Shown piece by piece: positions 18,673 through 24,597 of a stretch of 32,000 nucleotides of DNA. Made by a program: the position numbers and the translations under genes. Source of the DNA: Parcubacteria group bacterium GW2011_GWB1_45_10 (GTDB lineage: Bacteria > Patescibacteriota > Minisyncoccia > UBA6257 > Brennerbacteraceae); contig LCKC01000007.1 of assembly GCA_001001185.1 (NCBI GenBank), positions 1 to 32,000 on the forward strand, given 5' to 3'. The notes beneath the pieces are model-generated. The model did no database searches, had not been told where the DNA came from, and worked only from the letters and a program-made list of their open reading frames with translations. How positions within the stretch are numbered: the first letter of the stretch is position 1; every line of letters begins with the position of its first letter.

Positions 18673-18720
18673 TGATTTTAAAATCATTATTTTAATGAAG
18701 CCGCGTTTGACGCGGCGAGC
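18663..18720. repeat. 34-bp perfect AT-rich palindrome plus GC hairpin GCCGCG-TTTGA-CGCGGC
   Basis: 18663-18696 is perfectly self-complementary (17-bp arms) and spans the stop codon of the preceding gene. 18684-18720 recurs (~40 nt, imperfect) at 24904-24943. Confidence 0.9.
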
Positions 18721-18731
18721 TAAAGTATTTT

Positions 18732-19904
18732 ATGCTGATGAGGTTTCTGCCAAAACAAAGTTTTTTCAAAAACAAGCAGGTTTTGCTTCGGGTTGATTTT
18801 AACGTTGAGCTGCGGAAAAACAGAGTGCTTGACGATTTTCGGATTCGTCAGACTTTGCCAACAATCAAATATCTTCAGAAAAACGCGGCCAGGCTGGTTT
18901 TAATTAGCCACCTTTCTAATGAAACAGAATCTTTGGCGCCGGTTGCCAAACATCTGGCAAAGCTTTCGCGCCGGAAAGTTTTTTTTGTGCCCGGTAAAAT
19001 TTCTTCCGCGGCAAAACTTGTCAACGCTTTGCCGAAAAAAAGCGTTGTTTTACTGGAAAACCTGAGGTTTGACAAAGGCGAAAAAGCCAACCAGCCGGCG
19101 TTTGCCAGAAAACTTGCGGGCCTGGCAGATGTTTTTGTTTTTGACGCTTTTGGCGTCAGTCACAGAAAAGACGCTTCGGTTGTTGGCGTGCCAAAGCTTT
19201 TGCCGAGCTTTGCCGGGCTTTTAATGGAAAACGAATTAAAGAGCCTGGAAAAGCTGAAAAAACAGGCAAAAAAACCGTTTGTCGCGATTTTCGGCGGCGC
19301 GAAAATGGAAACCAAACTGCCGTTGATTAAAAACTTTGCCAAAAGAGCCCGCGCTACGCCGGAGGCTTTGGTGAGGCGAGCGGATTATGTTCTGCTTGGC
19401 GGCGCGCTGGCAAACACGTTTTTAAAAGCCAAAGGCGTGAATGTCGGAAAGTCTTTATATGAAAAAAAGTTTGTTTCCCGGGCAAAAAAGCTTTTAAAGA
19501 ACAAAAAAATCATTTTACCAGATGATTATTTAGTTGCTCAATCATTGGGCAGTAGAACGTCCCATCTTTTTTCTGTTGTTAGTCATAAGTTGTCAGTTGG
19601 CGGTTATATAGGGGACATTGGCCCCACCTCGACAAAAGAGTTCAGTAAAATCATCAGTCGCGCCAAAACAATCATCTGGAACGGCCCAATGGGTTATTAC
19701 GAAAACCCGGTTTTTGCCAGAGCCACGTTTGAGGTGGCCAAAGCCGTTTTAGCCAACAAAAAAGCTTTTAAAATCATCGGCGGCGGCGATACGACCGCGT
19801 TTTTGAAAAACGCTAAATTACCAATTACCAATTACCAATTACCAAATCTGTTTATCAGCACCGGCGGGGTCCGGCAAAGAACTGCCGGGGGTTGCTGTTC
19901 TTGA
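18732..19904 (+). CDS. pgk: Phosphoglycerate kinase; 3' end frame-disrupted (the conserved C-terminus continues in the +1 frame to 19923)
   Basis: LLRVDFNV, GGAKMETK, IIWNGPMG, GGGDT and ISTGG motifs. After ISTGG the listed frame reads VRQRTAGGCCS*. The +1 frame (19873-19923) reads GKELPGVAVLEKSWKR*, which is the conserved PGK C-terminus. Confidence 0.85.
   Translation: MLMRFLPKQSFFKNKQVLLRVDFNVELRKNRVLDDFRIRQTLPTIKYLQKNAARLVLISHLSNETESLAPVAKHLAKLSRRKVFFVPGKISSAAKLVNALPKKSVVLLENLRFDKGEKANQPAFARKLAGLADVFVFDAFGVSHRKDASVVGVPKLLPSFAGLLMENELKSLEKLKKQAKKPFVAIFGGAKMETKLPLIKNFAKRARATPEALVRRADYVLLGGALANTFLKAKGVNVGKSLYEKKFVSRAKKLLKNKKIILPDDYLVAQSLGSRTSHLFSVVSHKLSVGGYIGDIGPTSTKEFSKIISRAKTIIWNGPMGYYENPVFARATFEVAKAVLANKKAFKIIGGGDTTAFLKNAKLPITNYQLPNLFISTGGVRQRTAGGCCS
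19817..19844 (+). repeat. Four perfect tandem copies of heptamer ATTACCA inside the pgk coding sequence
   Basis: Copies at 19817-19823, 19824-19830, 19831-19837 and 19838-19844. They encode the LPITNYQLP segment in the loop between GGGDT and ISTGG. Confidence 0.95.
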
Positions 19905-19936
19905 AAAGAGCTGGAAGCGTTGAAATAAAACTTTTG

Positions 19937-19942
19937 TATAAT
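19937..19942 (+). promoter_or_regulatory. Perfect TATAAT 8 nt before the RNase H gene ATG
   Basis: TATAAT at 19937-19942; ATG at 19951. Confidence 0.4.
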
Positions 19943-19950
19943 TTTTATTT

Positions 19951-20376
19951 ATGAATCAAATTATTATTCATACTGACGGCGCGTCAAAAGGCAATCCTGG
20001 CCAGGCTTCAATCGGCGTGGCGATTGAGCTTCTTGACGGTAGCAAAAAACAGTACGCGGAAAAAATCGGCATGGCGACAAACAACGAAGCCGAGTACCGG
20101 GCCATGATTTTCGGTTTGAGAAAGCTCAAAGCATTGCTCGGTTCAAAAAAAGCCGAAAAAACAAAGGTTTTGTTAAAAAGCGACAGTCAGTTGATAACTT
20201 CACAGCTTCGTGGCGAGTTTAAAGTCAAAGAGCCGGAGTTTTTCCCGTTTTTCATTGAGCTCTGGAATCTGCGCCAGGAGTTCAAAACCGTGGAGTTTGA
20301 GACAGTCCCGCGGGAGAAAAACCGTCTGGCAGACAAGCTGGCAAACAGCGTTTTCTCTCAAAGAGGTTTGTGGTGA
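19951..20376 (+). CDS. rnhA: RNase HI-like ribonuclease H
   Basis: 141 aa; IHTDGASKGNPG, TNNEAEY, SDSQL and NRLADKLAN supply the DEDD-type RNase H residues. Confidence 0.8.
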   Translation: MNQIIIHTDGASKGNPGQASIGVAIELLDGSKKQYAEKIGMATNNEAEYRAMIFGLRKLKALLGSKKAEKTKVLLKSDSQLITSQLRGEFKVKEPEFFPFFIELWNLRQEFKTVEFETVPREKNRLADKLANSVFSQRGLW

Positions 20377-20401
20377 ACCTGCCGAACCACTTTAGCCTTC
20401 C

Positions 20402-20430
20402 TTGATTTTTGGGCTCGTTTAGCTTATACT
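20402..20430 (+). promoter_or_regulatory. Candidate promoter TTGATT-N17-TATACT upstream of rpsB
   Basis: TTGATT at 20402-20407; TATACT at 20425-20430; 62-nt structured leader follows. Confidence 0.55.
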
Positions 20431-20492
20431 CAATAACACTGCGTAAGCAGTATTTTTTAAGCTGAAACTGTTTGTATTGAGCTTGCCGAAAT

Positions 20493-21269
20493 ATGGAAGA
20501 TAACGAACAATTAATAAGCCAATTCTCGGAAAAAGGCCTCCACTGGGGCAGCCGGCGTTCTTTTATTCACCCGAAAATGAAGAAGTTCATCTTCACTTAC
20601 AAGGGTGATTTGGCAGTGATTAATCTGCAAAAAAGCGCTGAACTCTGGGAAAAGACATTCGCGGCTTTGGCGGAGCTGTTTTCGCAGAACAAAACCGTTT
20701 TGTTTGTGGCGACCCAGCCGGTTGCGGAAACAGTGGTCAGAAAATACGGCCAGGAACTTGGTTTTCCTTATATCACCACCCGCTGGCTTGGCGGCACCAT
20801 CACTAATTTTGACACTTTCAAGAAAAGACTTGATTATTTGAAAGAGCTTGAAGCCAAAGTTGCTTCGCCGGATTTTGAAAAATACACGAAAAAAGAAAGG
20901 GGCCTGATTCAGAAAGAAGCCGCTGAAATAAAAGAAAAATTCGACGGCATGGTCAAAATGACGGCTATGCCTGATGCGGTCTTTGTTTTCTGCGGCAAAA
21001 AACACCGGACAGCTTTGAAAGAAGCCAAGCGGAAAGGCATCAAGGTTTTCGGCATTTTCGGGCTTGAAGACAATCCCGACGAAGCCCATCTTTTTGTGCC
21101 TTTGAACGACAACGTGAAAATCGGCGTTGAGTTTGTCATGGAAAAAGTCGCCGAAGTTTACGCCAAGTTTCATCCGAAAAAAGATTCCGCGAATGAAGCG
21201 GGAAACGGAGTCAAGAAAGAAACCAAGAAGCCGGATGGCAAAAAAGAAGATTCTGTTAAAATTGATTAA
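20493..21269 (+). CDS. rpsB: 30S ribosomal protein S2 with K/E-rich C-terminal tail
   Basis: 258 aa; HWGSRRSFIHPKM (S2 signature region) and RWLGGTITNF motifs. Confidence 0.93.
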   Translation: MEDNEQLISQFSEKGLHWGSRRSFIHPKMKKFIFTYKGDLAVINLQKSAELWEKTFAALAELFSQNKTVLFVATQPVAETVVRKYGQELGFPYITTRWLGGTITNFDTFKKRLDYLKELEAKVASPDFEKYTKKERGLIQKEAAEIKEKFDGMVKMTAMPDAVFVFCGKKHRTALKEAKRKGIKVFGIFGLEDNPDEAHLFVPLNDNVKIGVEFVMEKVAEVYAKFHPKKDSANEAGNGVKKETKKPDGKKEDSVKID

Positions 21270-21329
21270 GGCTCCGCCACTGGCTGTTTTTGTCGAGTTG
21301 TTGTTAGTTATTTGTTTCTTCGTTCCGAG

Positions 21330-21362
21330 TTTTGATATTTGATTTTTGAATTTTGATTTTAA
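21330..21362 (+). repeat. Heptamer-periodic T-rich repeat (GA every 7 nt: TTTTGAT-type units) before tsf
   Basis: GA dinucleotides at 21334, 21341, 21348 and 21355, each embedded in T runs. Confidence 0.85.
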
Positions 21363-21366
21363 AACT

Positions 21367-21963
21367 ATGTATACTCCTTCAGCTGAAGAAATAAAAAAAC
21401 TCCGCGAAGCGACTTTTGCGCCGATGATTCAGTGTAAAGAAGCGCTGGTTCAAAGCGAAGGCGATTTCAAAAAAGCGGTTTCCTGGCTTAATGAAAAAGG
21501 CCTGACCAAAGCCGCGAGCAAGTCTGAAAGAATCACCGGCGCCGGCGTGATTGATTCTTACATTCACAACGGCAGCCAGATCGGCGTCCTTTTGGACATT
21601 CGTTGCGAAACTGATTTTGTCGCCAAAACCGATGAGTTCAAAAAACTTTCGCATGACCTTTGCCTCCAGATTGCTTCAATGAACCCTTCCTGGGTGTCAA
21701 AAGAAGACGTTCCCGAAGAAACCATCAGCGTTCAAAAAGCCGGGTGGGAAAAAGAGCTGGTTGAGGCGAAAAAACCGAAAGAAATGTTTGATAAAATAAT
21801 TCAGGGAAAGCTTGAAGCTTTTTACAAAGAAAACTGCCTTTTGAATCAGGTTTTCATTAAAGACGAAGCCGGAACTTTGACTGTCGGCGAGCTGATTGCG
21901 CAAACCATCGCCAAAACCGGCGAAAACGTGAAAGTAGGGAAATTTGTGCGCTTTGCAATATGA
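21367..21963 (+). CDS. tsf: Elongation factor Ts
   Basis: The ATG at 21367 gives MYTPSAEEIKKLREATFAPMIQCKEAL, matching the EF-Ts UBA-like N-terminus. The listed TTG start at 21346 lies inside the heptamer repeat. Confidence 0.9.
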   Translation: MYTPSAEEIKKLREATFAPMIQCKEALVQSEGDFKKAVSWLNEKGLTKAASKSERITGAGVIDSYIHNGSQIGVLLDIRCETDFVAKTDEFKKLSHDLCLQIASMNPSWVSKEDVPEETISVQKAGWEKELVEAKKPKEMFDKIIQGKLEAFYKENCLLNQVFIKDEAGTLTVGELIAQTIAKTGENVKVGKFVRFAI

Positions 21964-22598
21964 TTTGGGAAATTCTCCCGTTGGTTTTAATCTTTATCGG
22001 CTTCGGCGGCGCGCTGCTTTTTTTGGTTAAAAAATCCGAAACCATCACTGACGACAAAGTAAACAAAACTTTTGAAAGAATCAGGCTCGTCAGGTTTTTG
22101 AAGTATTTTTACCGCGAAAGAGTCAAGCCGAAGTTTCAGTCAAAAGAGGTTGAGGAAAAATCTCTTTTGTTCCTTGAAAAAGCTTTGCGCTGGCTGAGGG
22201 TTGTGACTTTGAAAACCGACAACTGGCTGACGAAAAAAATCGAACAGACAAAAGAGCTGAGGGCGCGTCCGGAAACCGACCCGCTTTACTGGATTTCCGT
22301 TAGAATTGACGCGCTGGAAAAAAGAATTGAAGAAGTGCTGGCGAAAAACAAAAGCCCGAAATTTGATCCTTTGAAAGAAGAACTGAAGCTGATAAAAAAT
22401 AACAATGATTCTCTGGATGAGTGGCTGAAAATCGCCAAGTTTTATCTTGACAGCGGCAATTTGGCAGAGGCCAGAAGACTGATTGTCCGTTCCTGGACTG
22501 CCAGGCCGGGCGACGAAAAAACCCGGCTTTTGGTTGAAAGGTTTCATTTGAAAACCGAAGAAGATAAGCTAAAATCAGAGAGCCAGAAACAGAAGTGA
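21960..22598 (+). CDS. Hypothetical membrane-anchored protein (N-terminal TM helix, helical K/E-rich remainder)
   Basis: 212 aa; ATGA overlap with the tsf stop suggests translational coupling. No recognisable catalytic motif. Confidence 0.6.
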   Translation: MIWEILPLVLIFIGFGGALLFLVKKSETITDDKVNKTFERIRLVRFLKYFYRERVKPKFQSKEVEEKSLLFLEKALRWLRVVTLKTDNWLTKKIEQTKELRARPETDPLYWISVRIDALEKRIEEVLAKNKSPKFDPLKEELKLIKNNNDSLDEWLKIAKFYLDSGNLAEARRLIVRSWTARPGDEKTRLLVERFHLKTEEDKLKSESQKQK

Positions 22599-22603
22599 TT
22601 TTT

Positions 22604-22687
22604 GCTGGGATGGCGGAGCGGTCAATCGCAAGAGACTGTAAATCTCTCGCCCTTTGGGCTACGCAGGTTCGAATCCTGCTCCCAGCA
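22604..22687 (+). tRNA. tRNA-Tyr (GUA), type II long variable arm, no encoded CCA
   Basis: Acceptor GCTGGGA/TCCCAGC, anticodon loop CTGTAAA, variable arm CGCCCTTTGGGCTAC, T-loop GGTTCGAATCC, discriminator A. Confidence 0.9.
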
Positions 22688-22734
22688 CTTTGACTCGTAG
22701 CTGGCGCGTTGCCAGTTTAACGTGAGCACCAGAC

Positions 22735-22809
22735 GGCCCTATCGTCTAGCCCGGTCTAGGACATCGCCCTCTCACGGCGAAAACACGGGTTCGAATCCCG
22801 TTGGGGCTA
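22735..22809 (+). tRNA. tRNA-Glu (CUC), no encoded CCA
   Basis: Closely parallels E. coli tRNA-Glu (CGTCTAG...GGACA.CGCCCT.TCACGGCG...GGGTTCGAATCCC). Anticodon loop CTCTCAC. Discriminator A. Confidence 0.85.
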
Positions 22810-22853
22810 CAAAAGAGGTTTTAAGGAAGATTATTTCCAGAACGAAATTTCTG

Positions 22854-22881
22854 TTGACAATAGAAGAATAGGTGGTATAAT
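22854..22881 (+). promoter_or_regulatory. Near-consensus sigma70 promoter TTGACA-N16-TGgTATAAT
   Basis: TTGACA at 22854-22859; TG at 22873-22874; TATAAT at 22876-22881. Confidence 0.75.
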
Positions 22882-22887
22882 ATGATA

Positions 22888-23250
22888 TACAACTGATATA
22901 AAACATTACCCCCTGCTCCGTCAGCTGACGGATATGGACTGGTAAAAGTGGAGTCACGATCCATGACGTTGAGGGCCAAAATGCCCTACGGAAGCTGAAC
23001 CGTAAAACACAGCAAGCGGTGTCGTCCTTCGGCAAGCTCAGGATAAATTATCCTTCGATGAACCCAGGATAAATTAAGTTTGTACGAAGACACGCGGAGC
23101 CGACCAGAGAGCCATAATCTTTAATAGGATTGTGGAATGAGGATGGGACCGCGGGAGGTCTCTTTTTTCTTGTGGTGAACGTAGTTGAACCATAACCTCT
23201 CGTTCCTTGCTTGCTACTTTTGTAGTAATTGAGGAACGGGAGGTTTTTTT
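22888..23250 (+). ncRNA. Candidate T-box-type riboswitch leader (T-box sequence, antiterminator, terminator); 5' half unassigned
   Basis: AGGATGGGACCGCG (23140-23153) against the T-box consensus AGGGUGGNACCGCG. Antiterminator A1 is 23140-23143/23204-23207, the bulge is TGGGACC, and A2 is 23151-23158/23196-23203. The competing terminator is 23196-23206/23233-23243 plus T7. See the first finding. Confidence 0.65.
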
Positions 23251-23322
23251 ATTTACCCCGAGCGTAGTCGAAGGGTTTCCCGTAAAGGAGGAGCGATGCT
23301 TAAGATTCATCGCGCTTTCGGA

Positions 23323-23348
23323 GGGTCTGGTCCTCACAGACCAGACCC
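23323..23348 (+). other. 10-bp perfect hairpin in the 5' leader of tRNA-His
   Basis: GGGTCTGGTC (23323-23332), loop CTCACA, GACCAGACCC (23339-23348), 6 nt before tRNA-His. Confidence 0.7.
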
Positions 23349-23354
23349 AGAAAT

Positions 23355-23427
23355 GGTCCCTGTAGCTCAATGGCAGAGCGATCGCCTGTGAAGCGATTGG
23401 TTGCGGGTTCAAATCCCGTCAGGGACC
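23355..23427 (+). tRNA. tRNA-His (GUG) with genome-encoded G-1 and C73 discriminator, no encoded CCA
   Basis: G-1 at 23355. Acceptor GTCCCTG/CAGGGAC, D-arm GCTCAATGGCAGAGC, anticodon loop CTGTGAA, T-loop GGTTCAAATCC, C at 23427. Confidence 0.9.
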
Positions 23428-23433
23428 CAAGGC

Positions 23434-23567
23434 GAATGCAAAGGTCATTTTTTGCCGCCAAACTTCCCAGCGAGAAGTTCGGCTGATATTGCTCCTTGCT
23501 CGCCCTCGGCAAGCTCGGGCACCATGCCCGCTCGTCGCAAAATCGCCCAAAAACGATCTTTGCATTC
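23434..23567. repeat. 134-nt long imperfect palindrome element, same architecture as the 13539-13722 element
   Basis: Basal arms GAATGCAAAGGTC (23434-23446) / GATCTTTGCATTC (23555-23567), 13 bp with one G-U, extended by a T5/A5 segment. Internal GC-rich hairpins. Shares the core CCT(T)GCTCGCC with the secY-adk element. Confidence 0.8.
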
Positions 23568-23764
23568 TTGCCGATAATACTTATTAAGAAGGTATGAGCT
23601 ACAAAAACAAAAAACTGAAAAAGAGCAGATTTAATCAACTCAAAAGGTCGATTGGGTTGATTAAGATTGCTCTTTTGAAAAAAGTCAAAATTCTTTTGAG
23701 AATTCAAAAGATAATTCTCCCTGTCTTTCTCCAACTAAGATTTATGCCAAGAAAGGAGGCACCA

Positions 23765-24553
23765 ATGTTAATTACAGAAAGGGTCACGGAATTGATTTTG
23801 AGGGTTGATCGTTTAGAGGGCAACCCCGACAGAAACAAGATTGGTGAAATAGTGGAAAGCCTGATAAGCCAAGAAGGCTTGGTGCGTTTTCTGGTTTTTG
23901 TCTGTCCCAAGTTTGATACCGCGGCTTTGCTTTCCGGGAAGCCTGAATACTATATGCCAATTAAGGCCGCGGCAGGAGATCTGTTTGAACCAAGAATCGC
24001 GAAACTCCTGGAGCTTAAAGATAAATTGATGAGGCTCGGGTTGCCAGCTGAGATTAATCTGGTCATTGGAGATAATGATGCAGAAGAGTATATTTTTCCG
24101 TTTCTGAAGGACCGGAATGTTGATTTGGAAAAACTAAAAAGCAGGCAAACGCTTTATCGTTTAAGCTTTGAGCGTCGAACCGAAAATGTCTCACTGGGTA
24201 AAGTGTGTGCTTGGAGTTTGGCAGAGGAGGGAATTGGTCTGGATCAAGCAGAGCCGAAAATCCCAGCTGATGCTTTTGACAAAGAGTTGTGTTTCTTCAG
24301 GCGGTTGTTTTCAAAGGCCGGACCCTACAGAGGAAAGTTGGAATTTACGGAAGAAGAGTTGAGAGAAATGGTGGTTCTGAAATACAGGCTTTATGGCGCT
24401 CAGGGAAAATTCTTGAAAGAGCTTAATGGGATTCTGTTGCAGACAGAAGGGCCTGGAGTTTGGTTGGAAAGGACACAAATGTTGAGGTGCACTGGTTCTG
24501 AAGCAGTTCCCGCCGTCTACCCATGGATTCGAAAAGAAGAGAAGATGGGTTGA
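23765..24553 (+). CDS. Hypothetical protein, 263 aa, no recognisable family
   Basis: The in-frame ATG at 23765 is preceded by AAAGGAGG (GGAGG at 23755-23759). The listed start at 23594 adds a low-complexity K/L/I-rich extension across AT-rich palindromic DNA. A strong terminator follows the stop. Confidence 0.7.
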   Translation: MLITERVTELILRVDRLEGNPDRNKIGEIVESLISQEGLVRFLVFVCPKFDTAALLSGKPEYYMPIKAAAGDLFEPRIAKLLELKDKLMRLGLPAEINLVIGDNDAEEYIFPFLKDRNVDLEKLKSRQTLYRLSFERRTENVSLGKVCAWSLAEEGIGLDQAEPKIPADAFDKELCFFRRLFSKAGPYRGKLEFTEEELREMVVLKYRLYGAQGKFLKELNGILLQTEGPGVWLERTQMLRCTGSEAVPAVYPWIRKEEKMG

Positions 24554-24557
24554 AAAT

Positions 24558-24592
24558 AAAAACTCCCGCTTTTTCGCGGGAGTTTTTATTTT
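24558..24592 (+). terminator. Strong, potentially bidirectional rho-independent terminator
   Basis: AAAAACTCCCGC / GCGGGAGTTTTT 12-bp stem, flanked by an A-run and a T-run. Confidence 0.85.
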
Positions 24593-24597
24593 TACTT

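Noticed and set aside
359-21903. Numerous antisense or alternate-frame ORFs from the track that lie inside well-supported genes. Examples: 703..1158 -, 2613..2864 -, 4812..5285 -, 6522..6884 -, 7502..7873 -, 9252..9635 -, 12169..12693 +, 20511..21173 -, 22140..22547 -, 27569..28060 +, 29483..29917 -, 30670..31041 +.
   Set aside because: Each overlaps a conserved housekeeping CDS on the other strand or frame. They have no recognisable motifs and low-complexity or biased composition. They are best explained as shadow ORFs.
23086-23092. GAAGACA as a textbook-looking specifier (GAA-GAC-A, Asp codon).
   Set aside because: It lies only ~50 nt upstream of the T-box sequence, too close for a Stem I specifier loop. 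tRNA-Asp normally has G73, which does not pair with the UGGG bulge. CACA at 23008-23011 is a better but unproven candidate.
23145-23168. Treating the GGGACC/GGTCTC + T6 hairpin as the main terminator of an independent small RNA.
   Set aside because: The stem is only 6 bp (with one G-U), and it lies inside the loop of the better-supported T-box antiterminator. It is retained only as a possible auxiliary structure.
22888-23250. Alternative identities for the promoter-driven RNA: RNase P RNA, tmRNA, SRP/4.5S RNA, 6S RNA.
   Set aside because: The RNA lacks the following: the GAGGAAAGUCC / ACAGAA P4 elements of RNase P; the GGGGCUGA 5' end or a tRNA-like CCA 3' end of tmRNA; the GGAA-tetraloop / GAAGCAGC domain IV of SRP; and a long rod with a central bubble, as in 6S RNA. 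The T-box 3' architecture fits much better.
23296-23391. 31-codon mini-ORF with an AAAGGAGG site (MLKIHRAFGGSGPHRPDPEMVPVAQWQSDRL).
   Set aside because: It reads through the 10-bp leader hairpin and into the body of tRNA-His. It is more likely a coincidental frame, although the SD-like site is noted in the SD finding.
22772-23734. Minus-strand ORFs 22772..23035, 23074..23412 and 23300..23734.
   Set aside because: They overlap tRNA-Glu, the T-box leader, tRNA-His and the palindromic element on the opposite strand. No start context and no motifs.
23594-23764. N-terminal 57-codon extension of the orphan ORF (MSYKNKKLKKSRFNQ...).
   Set aside because: It is a K/L/I-rich translation of AT-rich palindromic spacer DNA. 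A perfect AAAGGAGG site precedes the internal ATG at 23765, so the shorter start is preferred.
23765-24553. Assigning the orphan protein to Thg1-like tRNA-His guanylyltransferases or to cyclodipeptide synthases.
   Set aside because: The size and tRNA context are suggestive, and VCPKFD loosely resembles the CDPS VSPxNS pocket motif. However, the Thg1 carboxylate motifs and the later CDPS Y/E motifs could not be found by eye. There is not enough evidence to name a family.
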